Shown: piece after piece, positions 37,362 to 48,000 of the stretch
Layout of the letters: each line of letters opens with the position of its first letter
Numbering within the stretch: the first letter of the stretch is position 1
From: Escherichia phage cardinal
Length of the DNA stretch: 64,000 nt
Sequence record: PQ567651.1
Direction: 5' to 3' (one strand)
Notes under the pieces: model-generated
Told to the model about the DNA's origin: nothing
Database searches by the model: none
What the model saw: only the letters and a program-made list of their open reading frames with translations
Position numbers and translations under genes: made by a program

Positions 37362-37964
37362 ATGGGTATTACTTTAGAAGGTCAAAAACTTATTCGTAGC
37401 GGTAATTTTCTTGTAGATATTGACAACAATGAAGATTATGCTTTAGAAGTTAGTGATGTACTGTTTGATGCTTTGCAGTCTGGTTTCAATTTTGAAGTTT
37501 ATGAAGTAATCCGTGGAACTAAACTCAGAGAAACCCTTGGATCAACTAGTGATGTTTATTCTGCGATCTGGCAATATTTCGGGTTAATGGATGGTAAGAC
37601 ATACCTTACTGATAGTTATTCTGAAGATGTTGTTTATCTTGATATGGAAGAGTTTCGTCGTCTGTTCAAGAATGAAGAAAATGAAGAAGAGGGCGAACTT
37701 TTTGAAGGAATTACTCTCGAAGGTAATGTTGAAATTGTGTATAAAGCAGGAAAAACATTCCACTTGCGCGAAAACGGTAAAGCAAAAGTTGATTTTGTAA
37801 ACAAGACAGTGACAACCGAACATAATTATCTTAAAGATGGTCAACCAGCTTTTGAACGTGTAAAAATTAAATTTAAAGTGTTGTCTGCACTAGTTACGGA
37901 TCAAGAACGTATTGATTTTGTAGAAGATGGTGTAGTAACTCATACAAAGGTTTACAATATCTAA
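37362..37964 (+). CDS. hypothetical protein
   Basis: 200-aa ORF with GAGGAG RBS. Confidence 0.5.
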   Translation: MGITLEGQKLIRSGNFLVDIDNNEDYALEVSDVLFDALQSGFNFEVYEVIRGTKLRETLGSTSDVYSAIWQYFGLMDGKTYLTDSYSEDVVYLDMEEFRRLFKNEENEEEGELFEGITLEGNVEIVYKAGKTFHLRENGKAKVDFVNKTVTTEHNYLKDGQPAFERVKIKFKVLSALVTDQERIDFVEDGVVTHTKVYNI

Positions 37965-38056
37965 CAGAGTGTAAGAGGGGGATAGTCCCCCTCCACTTGC
38001 AAAATAGCCTCTTCTGTGTTACAATAAAAGTTCGTTTAACAAAATAGGAGGCAAGT

Positions 38057-38566
38057 TTGTCAATAAAAACCTTTGTCGCAATTGCGTTACTATCCTTAAC
38101 TGCTTTTACATTTACACCTGTTGTGGCGCAAGCCGAAGCTGCAAACGTAAAAACTGCTAAAGTAGTTCACAAGTGTACAAAGCGTGATAGTAAAGAAAAT
38201 CTATTAGCTTGTGCAATCTATGCAGAAAGTCGTAATCAAGGAAAGCGCGGTATGTCTGCTGTTGGTAATGTAGTATTGAATAGGGCTAGAGATTCATATT
38301 TCCCTGATACTATAAAAGAAGTTTTGTTTCAAAAAGGACAATTCTCTTACACAAAGACATTCAACGTTATGGAACGTGATAAGTGGAAAGACGCTAAAGC
38401 TATAGCAGAACGTCTACTTTATCTCGATAACCATTTTCCAGAATTACGAATTGCATTAGATATTACAAAAGGAGCATTATACTTTAAAAAATCTACAATA
38501 AGAGCACACTGGGAAAAAGATATGGTTCTAGTGTACCGCTACAAAGAACATCAATTCTATCGCTAA
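38057..38566 (+). CDS. SleB-like cell wall hydrolase (Hydrolase_2 family) with signal peptide
   Basis: Signal peptide MSIKTFVAIALLSLTAFTFTPVVAQA; LACAIYAESRNQGKRGMSAVGNVVLNRA matches the cell wall hydrolase signature; TTG start after AGGAGG. Confidence 0.6.
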   Translation: MSIKTFVAIALLSLTAFTFTPVVAQAEAANVKTAKVVHKCTKRDSKENLLACAIYAESRNQGKRGMSAVGNVVLNRARDSYFPDTIKEVLFQKGQFSYTKTFNVMERDKWKDAKAIAERLLYLDNHFPELRIALDITKGALYFKKSTIRAHWEKDMVLVYRYKEHQFYR

Positions 38567-38576
38567 GGAGATATAG

Positions 38577-38855
38577 ATGAAAGATGGCGTTATCGTTGCA
38601 AGTTATCTTGTTATTGGTCTTACAGAAGAGGATGTACATTACATTAGGAAACATTTAGAACAGTTTGCAATGATGTTCATCGAAGACGAAGACAATGTGG
38701 ATGTTTATTCAATTGAAATGATCAATGATAACGTCTATCCTTGTGTAGCTTTACGAGTCGATGAAGATGTTTGGGAACGTTTTTCACGTAGTCACGATAA
38801 TGTTGAATGTTCTATGGTTATGTCACAAAGCAACATACTGGGAGTGTTACACTGA
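38577..38855 (+). CDS. hypothetical protein
   Basis: 92-aa ORF. Confidence 0.4.
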   Translation: MKDGVIVASYLVIGLTEEDVHYIRKHLEQFAMMFIEDEDNVDVYSIEMINDNVYPCVALRVDEDVWERFSRSHDNVECSMVMSQSNILGVLH

Positions 38856-39085
38856 TGGCTGATGTTATTGAAGTTAACTTTAAAACAAAAAAGAAAGTTG
38901 ATAAGTATACAATCTTAAAAAATATTTGCGTTGTGTGCTTCAATTCTGTAATATATGACTCACGTAAGGGCGAAAATGAAAATGAACCTTACATCCAGAT
39001 TTCTAAAGGTAAAGGGCAGTGTATCTGCAAAAACTGTGCTGTAGCAATTAAGGAGGTTGTAGATGAAAACCATTGGGATCAATGA
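38855..39085 (+). CDS. hypothetical zinc-ribbon protein
   Basis: CVVCF ... CICKNC cysteine pairs; ATG overlaps the upstream stop. Confidence 0.4.
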   Translation: MADVIEVNFKTKKKVDKYTILKNICVVCFNSVIYDSRKGENENEPYIQISKGKGQCICKNCAVAIKEVVDENHWDQ

Positions 39086-39257
39086 TACTGGTGAAGTTGT
39101 AAAGTCTTGGGATGATCTTAGTGGTATCCCTACAGATAAACTGATTAAACTGCGTGATGTTTGTCGTGATCATCTTAATGAAACATATAAAGAGTATATG
39201 GAAGCACGAGATCACAGTTTAGCTATCCAGATGGAACTCGCAAAACGTAATCAATAG
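39063..39257 (+). CDS. hypothetical small protein
   Basis: 64-aa ORF. Confidence 0.4.
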   Translation: MKTIGINDTGEVVKSWDDLSGIPTDKLIKLRDVCRDHLNETYKEYMEARDHSLAIQMELAKRNQ

Positions 39258-39314
39258 GTAAAACCATTTGGACTTTTTAGTCTAAAAATGCTAAAGTAAT
39301 AATACGGAGGGAGT

Positions 39315-39878
39315 ATGATATTTCACATAACTCCCTATCTTTCTGGAGATATTGGAAAAGGTATCAATGACACAATAAGTGTCTTACCAGAAGATAGTTG
39401 GATTTGCCTAAGAGACATTGATACAATGTTTCTTCTTCCAGAACAACCTGCTTGGTTGGAATCAATAGTCCGTTCAAATCCTGATTTTGATGTTCTTGGT
39501 GCATCTTGTAATAGATTGGGATCAACATATCAATTATTTAATAATGAAAGAAGTGAAGATCCAAATATATTACACCACATTGAGATTGCAAAAAGAGCAC
39601 ATCTAGAATGGGGAAACTCAATAGAGGAAGTACCTACAGATGCTATCTTAGCAGGATTCTTTCTTCTCTTTCGTAAGAGTCTGTGGAATGAAATCCCTTT
39701 TGAGGAAAGATCAATACAGTTTGATATAATTTTCTCTAAAGCATTACACGCTAACAATAAAAGGCTAGGTTTATTACGTGGGCTATATTTATTTCACACA
39801 TACCGTTTAGGTAGTGATGATCCTAGGAAAGCTGTTTCACACCTTTTACATTGTCAAGACATGAATAAAATTATTTAA
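39315..39878 (+). CDS. putative glycosyltransferase-like protein
   Basis: 187 aa with D.D-like CLRDIDTMF; first gene of a four-gene cassette; weak assignment. Confidence 0.3.
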   Translation: MIFHITPYLSGDIGKGINDTISVLPEDSWICLRDIDTMFLLPEQPAWLESIVRSNPDFDVLGASCNRLGSTYQLFNNERSEDPNILHHIEIAKRAHLEWGNSIEEVPTDAILAGFFLLFRKSLWNEIPFEERSIQFDIIFSKALHANNKRLGLLRGLYLFHTYRLGSDDPRKAVSHLLHCQDMNKII

Positions 39879-39887
39879 GGAGTTATT

Positions 39888-40574
39888 TTGGAAAATACAA
39901 AAATTGGTGTTGGTGTTATTACTGTAGGTAAGCGTCCTCTTAAAGATTATCTTGTGACTGATCCTAATGCTACTTTTGTTGTACAGTATGATCGGGAACG
40001 AAAAGGTGTTGCATATGCCCGTAATGAACTGATGAAAAAGTTTTATGATGAAGGGTATGATTACTGGTTTATTTTTGATGATGATTGTTATCCGGTTGTG
40101 CCAGGTTGGGAAACATATTTTGTAAAACAGGCTAAGGAAAATGGTTGGGATTTCTTTGGTATGCCTGAATACTTTAAAGATAAAGTAAAAGGTATTGAAG
40201 GTGAAGTGGTTATTTGGGAACTAGGTATGTGCCAGTTTGGTATGTATTCCCGTGCAGTTATTGAGAAAGCTGGCTATTTCCGTTCATACACCCACGGTTA
40301 TGGATATGAAGATGCAGAGTGGATTCAGCGCGTTCCACTGGCAGGTTTGAACCGAGGTATTCTCGGCGTACCATGTCCTATTCGAATTATGGCGTTTATC
40401 CATCCTGACGATGTGTTTGGAGATAATCCTTTACCTTTTGCGAATCTGTCAAAAGAAGAGAAAGAACAGGGGATTGGTGTAAACTGGGAACAATATAAAC
40501 AATCACTGGAGGATCTTCGCAATGGTAAAACTTTTATCTCTTATGAGGAGGCTCAAAAATATGGTAAGTCCTAA
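39888..40574 (+). CDS. putative GT-A-fold glycosyltransferase
   Basis: DxD motif in YDYWFIFDDDCYPV preceded by a nucleotide-binding-like N-terminus; YGYEDAEW block. Confidence 0.5.
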   Translation: MENTKIGVGVITVGKRPLKDYLVTDPNATFVVQYDRERKGVAYARNELMKKFYDEGYDYWFIFDDDCYPVVPGWETYFVKQAKENGWDFFGMPEYFKDKVKGIEGEVVIWELGMCQFGMYSRAVIEKAGYFRSYTHGYGYEDAEWIQRVPLAGLNRGILGVPCPIRIMAFIHPDDVFGDNPLPFANLSKEEKEQGIGVNWEQYKQSLEDLRNGKTFISYEEAQKYGKS

Positions 40575-41535
40575 TACTCCTGTACTTAAGTGTGATAATA
40601 AGTTAGGCAGTGGTTGTGATTACCATCGTATTGTAATGCCGTTTGCGGGAAATACATTTAAACCTAAGAAAGACGTTTTGGTTTTTAATAGAGTGTATTC
40701 TCGTGGATCAGACGAGGTTAAACGCCTGAAGGCACAAGGTGTTAAGATTATTGTTGACTTAGATGACTTTTATTCACTTAACCCTGAACATTATATGGCT
40801 GGCGTATTTACTAATCACTCAAAGACTATTGTAGAGATGATTAAGTTAGCAGATGTTGTTACTGTAACAACAGAATATCTAGCTTACAAAATTCGTCATT
40901 TAAACCGTAATGTTGTCGTTATTAGAAACGCACTGCCTTACGACGAAGGTCAATTTACTTTGACAAAAGACCGTTATTCTGACACGCCTATTATTTGGGC
41001 TGGAGGAGCAAGCCATGAGCCTGACTTATCTCTTGTAGCTAATACATTTGATGATACACTATTGACAATTGCAGGGTATGAAGTGTATCCTTCTGCACCT
41101 GTTGGAAATAATAGTCAGTATCTAACTACTGCGGAGTGGGTTAAAGTAAAACGTAAAATTCCAAATGCACAGTATAAACCAGCTATTAAAAATTTAGGTG
41201 AGTATATGTCTGTGTATGACGGTCACAGTATTGCAATTGCTCCTCTGGTAGATAACGACTTCAACAACTGTAAAAGTAATTTGAAGATTTTGGAAGCAGG
41301 TGCAAAGGGTCTTCCTATTATCTGTTCTCCTGTGCTGCCGTACTTCAATCCGGTAGATGCAAAGGCTGTTATCTATGCAGACTCTAAAGCATCTTGGCAT
41401 TATGAAGTTGTCAAGCTAATGAGAAACCCTAGATACACAGAAGATCGTGGTATGATGCTTGCAGAACACGTTCGTCTTAATTATAATCTTGCAGATGCCA
41501 ATGAACTGCGTCGTCAAGTTATTGAAAGTCTTTAA
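40561..41535 (+). CDS. putative GT-B-fold glycosyltransferase (tandem paralog 1)
   Basis: C-terminal KSNLKILEAGAKGLPIICSP resembles the GT1/GT4 EAmA.G.PvV block; paralogous to the next gene. Confidence 0.45.
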   Translation: MVSPNTPVLKCDNKLGSGCDYHRIVMPFAGNTFKPKKDVLVFNRVYSRGSDEVKRLKAQGVKIIVDLDDFYSLNPEHYMAGVFTNHSKTIVEMIKLADVVTVTTEYLAYKIRHLNRNVVVIRNALPYDEGQFTLTKDRYSDTPIIWAGGASHEPDLSLVANTFDDTLLTIAGYEVYPSAPVGNNSQYLTTAEWVKVKRKIPNAQYKPAIKNLGEYMSVYDGHSIAIAPLVDNDFNNCKSNLKILEAGAKGLPIICSPVLPYFNPVDAKAVIYADSKASWHYEVVKLMRNPRYTEDRGMMLAEHVRLNYNLADANELRRQVIESL

Positions 41536-41546
41536 TAAGGAGCGAT

Positions 41547-42491
41547 ATGCCTAATATTATTCTTGACACACGTGGGCATGAGAGGTATAGTGTATGTGAT
41601 TTTCATAGAATCATTTTGCCATATAAACGCAAACTGACCATTAATCCTAAGCATAATATTTTTGTGTTTAATGGAGTACCAACCCGTGGAAAGCCAGGTT
41701 TCCTGGCTCTTAAACAACTTGGGTTTAAATTGGTAATGGATCTGGATGATTCTTTAATTATTCCTGAAGGGCATATGCTGGAAGGATTATTTGAAAATCA
41801 AATCCGAGATGACCTAAAATGGTTCCTTGAAAGAAGCGATCTTGTAACTACAACAACTCCGGCATTAAAGGTTGAACTAAGCCAATACAATGATAATGTA
41901 CATATTGTGCCTAACGGACTACCTTTTGATGAAGGACAGTTTGTTCTTACTAAAGATCGTTATTCTAAAAGTCCACTGGTTTGGGCGGGAAGTGAAACAC
42001 ATAAACATGATTTAGCAATTCTTCCTGATTTTGGTAAAGATTTAACTTTATGTGGATTTCGTAGAGATCACGAAGAGTTAAGTAGTGCTCAATGGTTGCA
42101 AATTAAAGAAAATATTCAACCAGATTGTGTTTATGAAGGTATTCGTCCTTATGAGTGTTATATGGAAGCATACGATGGTCATCAAATCTCCATAGCTCCA
42201 TTAGTAAATAATCATTTTAATAATGCCAAAAGTAATTTAAAAATTCTTGAAGCTGGTGCTAAAGGTTTGCCACTCGTTTGTTCGCCACGAGAGAACTATT
42301 ATACTGAAGAATTTAAAGATCTAATCTTCTTTGCTGATTCAGTTAAAGAGTGGAAAGATATTGTAGAATACTTAATCGAATCCCCTGATGTTTGTATTGA
42401 GAAAGGATTGGCTCTTGCTAAGTATGTAAGAGATAACTACAATATTGATGATTTAAATGAAACCCGCAGACTGCTTATCGAGGATTTATAA
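41547..42491 (+). CDS. putative GT-B-fold glycosyltransferase (tandem paralog 2)
   Basis: Shares CD(Y/F)HRI, DLDD, LTKDRYS, WAG, DGH.I(A/S)IAPLV.N.FNN.KSNLKILEAGAKGLP blocks with 40561..41535. Confidence 0.45.
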   Translation: MPNIILDTRGHERYSVCDFHRIILPYKRKLTINPKHNIFVFNGVPTRGKPGFLALKQLGFKLVMDLDDSLIIPEGHMLEGLFENQIRDDLKWFLERSDLVTTTTPALKVELSQYNDNVHIVPNGLPFDEGQFVLTKDRYSKSPLVWAGSETHKHDLAILPDFGKDLTLCGFRRDHEELSSAQWLQIKENIQPDCVYEGIRPYECYMEAYDGHQISIAPLVNNHFNNAKSNLKILEAGAKGLPLVCSPRENYYTEEFKDLIFFADSVKEWKDIVEYLIESPDVCIEKGLALAKYVRDNYNIDDLNETRRLLIEDL

Positions 42492-42760
42492 TGCACACTT
42501 TTGATTTTGAGTATAAACAAGATAATAAAGAACCTATTATTGTTGAAGTAGATTACTATTATGAAGAACCTAACCCTTTCTCACGAGAAAGTGATTGGGA
42601 TTATTATGGTGGTCTTATTGTTGATGGTATTAGGTTTTATTCTGGTACAAAAGACCTTTTTGATATAGATATTTCCCCATCGGAAATTGTTTACCAATTT
42701 AAGAAACATATGGAAGATTTGGAAATGCAATATATTATGGAGACAAACGAATCATTTTAG
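42491..42760 (+). CDS. hypothetical protein
   Basis: 89-aa ORF. Confidence 0.4.
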   Translation: MHTFDFEYKQDNKEPIIVEVDYYYEEPNPFSRESDWDYYGGLIVDGIRFYSGTKDLFDIDISPSEIVYQFKKHMEDLEMQYIMETNESF

Positions 42761-42772
42761 TAGGAGAATCCT

Positions 42773-44545
42773 GTGTCTTATGTTGTAAATAAATATGGGT
42801 ATAACATTGATCTAAGTCAAGAAGGACATACTGGGTGTCCTCGTTGTATGAAAGGAGGGCGTGATCGATCACAAAACAATTTGATGGTATATGGCTTAGA
42901 TGCCGATGAAGACCATCGAGGCGCACATTGTTTTTCTTGTGGCTTTACTATCCCTGATCAAAAATGGTTAAATGCACACGGCGAAGAAATTGAAGAGGAG
43001 GATATCTTGGGTAGTGAGTTTAATCCAGAAGTACATGATAAACTAAAAGCCAGCACTGGAACTAATCCAAAAGGTTATCGCGGTATTCGTGAAGATATCT
43101 CTAAGCCTTTCGGTGTACGTTATATGTACGATGAAGCTACTGGCGAAGTAATTTCAACACTATACCCTACAACTAAAGATTACAATATTGCTGGGTATAA
43201 ACAACGTATCGATCCAAAAGATTTCTCACATCCTATAGGTGAAACAGGAAAGGATTGTGATCTTTTTGGGGAGTTTAAATATCGTAACCACAGCGGTACT
43301 ATTCTAATCGTTGGTGGTGAACACGATATGCTGGCTGCAACACAGATGCTAAAAGATTATAACAAGGGTGGTAAATATCCTGTTCCTGCTGTAGTATCTG
43401 GTACTTGTGGCGAAACATCTCTGCATAAGCAGCTTCAACATCGTTATAAATTCTTAGATCAATTTAAAAAGATTGTTCTATGTATGGATAATGATGAAGC
43501 TGGACGTGCAGCAGTTGAGAAATGTGTTAAAATCTTACCACGTAATAAAGTTTACGTGATGGAACTAACGGATGTTAAAGATCCTAACCAGGCACTAGTA
43601 GAAGGAAAAATTGATCATTTTATTGATCGCTTTTTCAAAGCTAAACTGTACACACCTGCTGGTGTTTACGCTTCTAACGTACTATATGAAGCAGCCTTGG
43701 AATGCCTGGAAGCTAAAATGATCACCCTTCCTCCATTCATGCGTGTTGCTTCTAACATGTTAGGTGGAGGCTTGGTAGAAGAAGAAATTACTGTTATACT
43801 TGCAAAAACAAGTATCGGTAAAACACTGTTGGTTAACGAGATTACGAAGCACATTATTCTTGCACACCCAGAACATACTCTTGGTATTTTATCTTTGGAG
43901 GCAACGTATAAGAAGTATTCTCGTAACTTACTGTCTTCATTCTTGCACATCCCTCTTCACCGTAAAACAAAAGAAGAGAAGGAAAAGATTTTAAAAGATA
44001 ATGAAGAAAAGATTCGTGATTTTTACGAACGAGAAGATGGAACACCACGTTTCTATGTTTGTGATGATCGTGGAGCTAACGTAGATGTGATTAAAGAGAA
44101 GGTTCTGGAAATGATTATTTATTTCGGAGTAACCATTCTTGTTATCGACCCTTATTCTGACTTGCTTTCTGGTATGGACGTGTCACAACAAGAGGAACTT
44201 GCGACGTGGCTCAAACGCATTATGAAAGAGTACGCAATTACCATTGTTGTAATTTCACACGTTAAAAAGTCTTCTAACAATAGTAATGAACATATTGTAG
44301 AAGATGATGCAATGGGTAGTAGCTTCCTTGCTAAAGGTGCTGGTATCACAATTGCGCTGGAGCGTGATAAACAAGCTGAAGATCCTATGGAACGTAACCG
44401 CACATATTGCTACATTCTAAAGAACCGTGAGTTCTCAGAGACTGGTGCAGCAGGTAGTTTCTTCTATGAGATTAAAACAGCGACACTTCACGATTACGAT
44501 CAATACACAAGTAACCCAGAGAATATTCCTGATGGTTCTTATTAA
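42773..44545 (+). CDS. T7 gp4-like bifunctional primase-helicase
   Basis: N-terminal zinc finger CPRC...CFSC, central TOPRIM-like region (ILIVGGEHDMLA, CMDNDEAG), C-terminal DnaB-like helicase with Walker A AKTSIGKT. Confidence 0.8.
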   Translation: MSYVVNKYGYNIDLSQEGHTGCPRCMKGGRDRSQNNLMVYGLDADEDHRGAHCFSCGFTIPDQKWLNAHGEEIEEEDILGSEFNPEVHDKLKASTGTNPKGYRGIREDISKPFGVRYMYDEATGEVISTLYPTTKDYNIAGYKQRIDPKDFSHPIGETGKDCDLFGEFKYRNHSGTILIVGGEHDMLAATQMLKDYNKGGKYPVPAVVSGTCGETSLHKQLQHRYKFLDQFKKIVLCMDNDEAGRAAVEKCVKILPRNKVYVMELTDVKDPNQALVEGKIDHFIDRFFKAKLYTPAGVYASNVLYEAALECLEAKMITLPPFMRVASNMLGGGLVEEEITVILAKTSIGKTLLVNEITKHIILAHPEHTLGILSLEATYKKYSRNLLSSFLHIPLHRKTKEEKEKILKDNEEKIRDFYEREDGTPRFYVCDDRGANVDVIKEKVLEMIIYFGVTILVIDPYSDLLSGMDVSQQEELATWLKRIMKEYAITIVVISHVKKSSNNSNEHIVEDDAMGSSFLAKGAGITIALERDKQAEDPMERNRTYCYILKNREFSETGAAGSFFYEIKTATLHDYDQYTSNPENIPDGSY

Positions 44546-44555
44546 GGAGAGAAAT

Positions 44556-44951
44556 ATGAAAGACAACGAAAATATCCTCTATGGAGTATCCCCTTCTGCG
44601 TTAGGGTATGATTATACGAAAACTATTGCTAAGTTTAAATTTCAAGATGGATCGGAGTTAGAACCATACGGTTATGCTTATGGTGAACATTTGTGGTTTG
44701 AGGATGGTTGCCTATACCTTCTCATTCAAACTACCAGTGGTTTTGTGGGAGAGCTTGTAGATCGTATGCTGAAAAATGTTAGTGATAAAGTTGTTCTTGA
44801 TATCGCTAGTAAGGATGAAAACATTAATAACATTGTTTCCACTTTTAATGGTTTGACAGGCACTGTTAAAATTGAACGTGTAGGCTTGAGAAATACCAAT
44901 GGTGTCCCTAATTGCCTTATTAAAGTACAACTAAGTGCTGACAATAAATAA
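44556..44951 (+). CDS. hypothetical protein
   Basis: 131-aa ORF with GGAGAG RBS. Confidence 0.45.
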   Translation: MKDNENILYGVSPSALGYDYTKTIAKFKFQDGSELEPYGYAYGEHLWFEDGCLYLLIQTTSGFVGELVDRMLKNVSDKVVLDIASKDENINNIVSTFNGLTGTVKIERVGLRNTNGVPNCLIKVQLSADNK

Positions 44952-45041
44952 CAAGAAGGGGCGAAAGCCCCTTTACAAAACAATTAATTTGTGGTACAGT
45001 ATTAACAAATTAAGACTTTAGAAATATTTTAAGGAGGGAGA

Positions 45042-48000
45042 ATGGGAGCTTTTACTTTCGACATTGAAAGTAACAACTTGCTTAATGACGAAAGTGTAGA
45101 TTACTTGGCAAGTCCATATCGTTTAAAAGATAGTTTTGCAATGCACTGTATTGTGTGCGAAAGTCATGAGACTGGAGAGATTATTGCTTTCCATGATGGT
45201 GATAAATATCTTTTCGATGGTCGTCCGTATATTGAGACTGACGGAAAGTATGAATACCGACTGGAGGAATATGAGCATTTAGAATATACCCATTTCCCTC
45301 TTAAAGATTTTCCTGATTTTGTAAATGGAACAGGTAAATTTAAAGGTAATTCAAACTATAAAATTACCAAAGTAGTTGGACATAACATCATTAACTTTGA
45401 CTTACTGGCAATTAAATTATTTTTTAAACTCAACTACAGTATTAAGTACAATACTTGGGGTAATAGTAACATTGAAATTTGTGATACTATGATCTTAAGT
45501 AAGACACTAAACCCTGATCGCTTCGGTGGTCATAGTCTGGCAGAGTTATCTAAGAAAGCTGGAGGGGATGTTAAAATTGATTTTAGAAAAAACATCCCTG
45601 AAACTGAAAGATTTAAAACATTTGCAGCAGATATGCTGTATTACTGTATTTACGATAACAAAGCTAACACCGCAGTGTTCCGTTATTTGATGGAAGAGTG
45701 GGGTGATTATAATAAGTGGTCTGAACCATTTAACTTAGAACAACGTGTAGCTGATATTATTACACGTCAAGAGCACCGTGGCTTTGCTTTCAATATGAAG
45801 CAAGCAGAAGATAATATTCGTGATCTGGATGCTCGAATGGAAGCATGTCGTTTAGAGGCAGAACCTGTGCTACCTCCTAAACCTGCTACTAAAGGTTATT
45901 TGAAATCATTCATTCCACCTAAACTACAGTTTAAAAAGAATGGTGAACCTTCAAGTAACATGATAAAGTTTGCAGAGAAACATTCTGGTGAACTTGTACA
46001 AAAAGAAGATGGTTGGTGGTTATTTGCATTAGGTAAAGAGTTTAAACTGCCTATTCCAGCAGAAGAACCTATTTGTGATCCTACAGTACCTGCTACTTTA
46101 GACGACACTACACATATTAAAAATTGGTTAGTTGGTTTAGGTTGGAGTCCATCTGAATATAAAGATAAAGATATCACTCTTAAATCTGGCACTAAGATTA
46201 AGAAAGATGAAGCACAAATGGAGAAAGCTATTCGTGACTATGTTGATCAAACGTTAGCATCTAACTTCTGCCAGGACAGATGTGATCATCTGGAGTGCAC
46301 ACCAGAAACTTTGGAATGGAAACTAAGAGATCGTATTGCTAAAGCTAAAGGTCGTGGTGTTAAAGTGCTTACTAACCCTTCCTTTACAAAAGGGCAAGAG
46401 AAAGATATTTGTCCTAATTTGGAAGCACTAGGTGAAAAGTTTCCTTATGCTACGCAGATTGTGCAGTATCTTACGTATAAACACCGTAGGAACTCTATTC
46501 TAGGGGGTGGTGCTGATTGGGAAGAAGATGAAGAGGATTACGATAAAGGTTATCTGGCAGCAGTAAGGGCTGATGGTCGTATACCAACCCCTGCTGCAAC
46601 GTGTGATGCAGCTACGTCTCGTATGAAACATAGGTTAGTAGCAAATATCCCACGTGTAACATCTCTGTACGGATATGAAATGCGTAATTTATTTGGTGTA
46701 GAAGTTCCAAAATACTTCCAAATTGGTTATGACTTTGATTCTCTTGAGGCAAAAATAGAATCACACTACTGTGTACCTATGGATGCACAAGCACTAACCC
46801 GTAAAGGTTGGGTTGGTTATCACGATCTACAAGAAGGGGATGAAATCTTAGGATATAACCCAGAAACAGGACTTAAAGAATGGACTAAAGTAAAAGGTAA
46901 GGTCTTCTATAAAAATAGTAAGACGTTTGAGATTAAAGGGAAATCACACACTTACCGTGCAACAGCAGATCACCGTTGGTATGTTAATACCCGTAGTAAA
47001 GGGAATACTTATGTGCCTAAAGTCAGAACAACTGCCGAGCTTTGCACAGGAGATAATATTATTTGTAATGCTCCATTTAACATGGAACAAGATCAGGTAA
47101 ATAGTTTAACTTCTGTTCAACAAGGTAAATGGGATGTTCCGTGGGTAGAGCGTGTAGTTAATATGTCTCATGCCGAGCGTGTGGCTTTCTTGGAAGGTTT
47201 TTTGATTGCGGATGGTTACTGGCATGAACATAAACAAAAACCTGTTTGGCGTTGGGCGCAGAACCCAGGTGAACTTTTTGAAGCAGCTTTAACTGCCTCG
47301 TACCTGGTGCATGGAGGCAATATCTCTGTAGCTTTCAATACAAAAGAGCAGAAAGTAAAAGTGGCAACATTGGCTAACCGCTCTCACATTCCTGTTCAAA
47401 GTTTGACTATTGAAGAGTGGGGTGTAGAGGATGTTTGGTGTCCACAAACAGAACTTGGTACGTGGGTCATGCGTCAGAAAGACTGCATTACCATCACAGG
47501 AAACTGTTGGCGGTACGAGCAGGAACCACACGAATATTGTAATGCTCTATTATTGGAAAAACCTAATGATGTTCATACAATGATGGCTCGACGTATTTCT
47601 GACACTATTGGTCGTAAGTTTGAACGAAGCCCTGCTAAATCTGTTAAGTATGGTATTACTTATGGTGCTCAAGCTGCAAAAGTAGCAAAAACTATAGGTA
47701 GTGATATGTATACAGGACAGCTTGTATACGATGCTTTCTGGGAAGCTGCAAAACCTCTTGCGCTTCTTAAAGAACGTCTGCATGATTTTTGGGTTAAAAC
47801 AGGTAAGAAATACATTCTTGGTATTGATGGTAGGAAAGTACCTACACGATCTGCACACGCAATACTTAACTCTCTGTTCCAGAGTGGTGGTGTTATTTGT
47901 GCAAAAAGAGCAATGGTTATCTACGACGATCTTATCGAAGAAGAAGGATTAGCTGTTGACTTTTTTGTTGATGACTGGAAAAATAAGTCATTCGTTCAAC

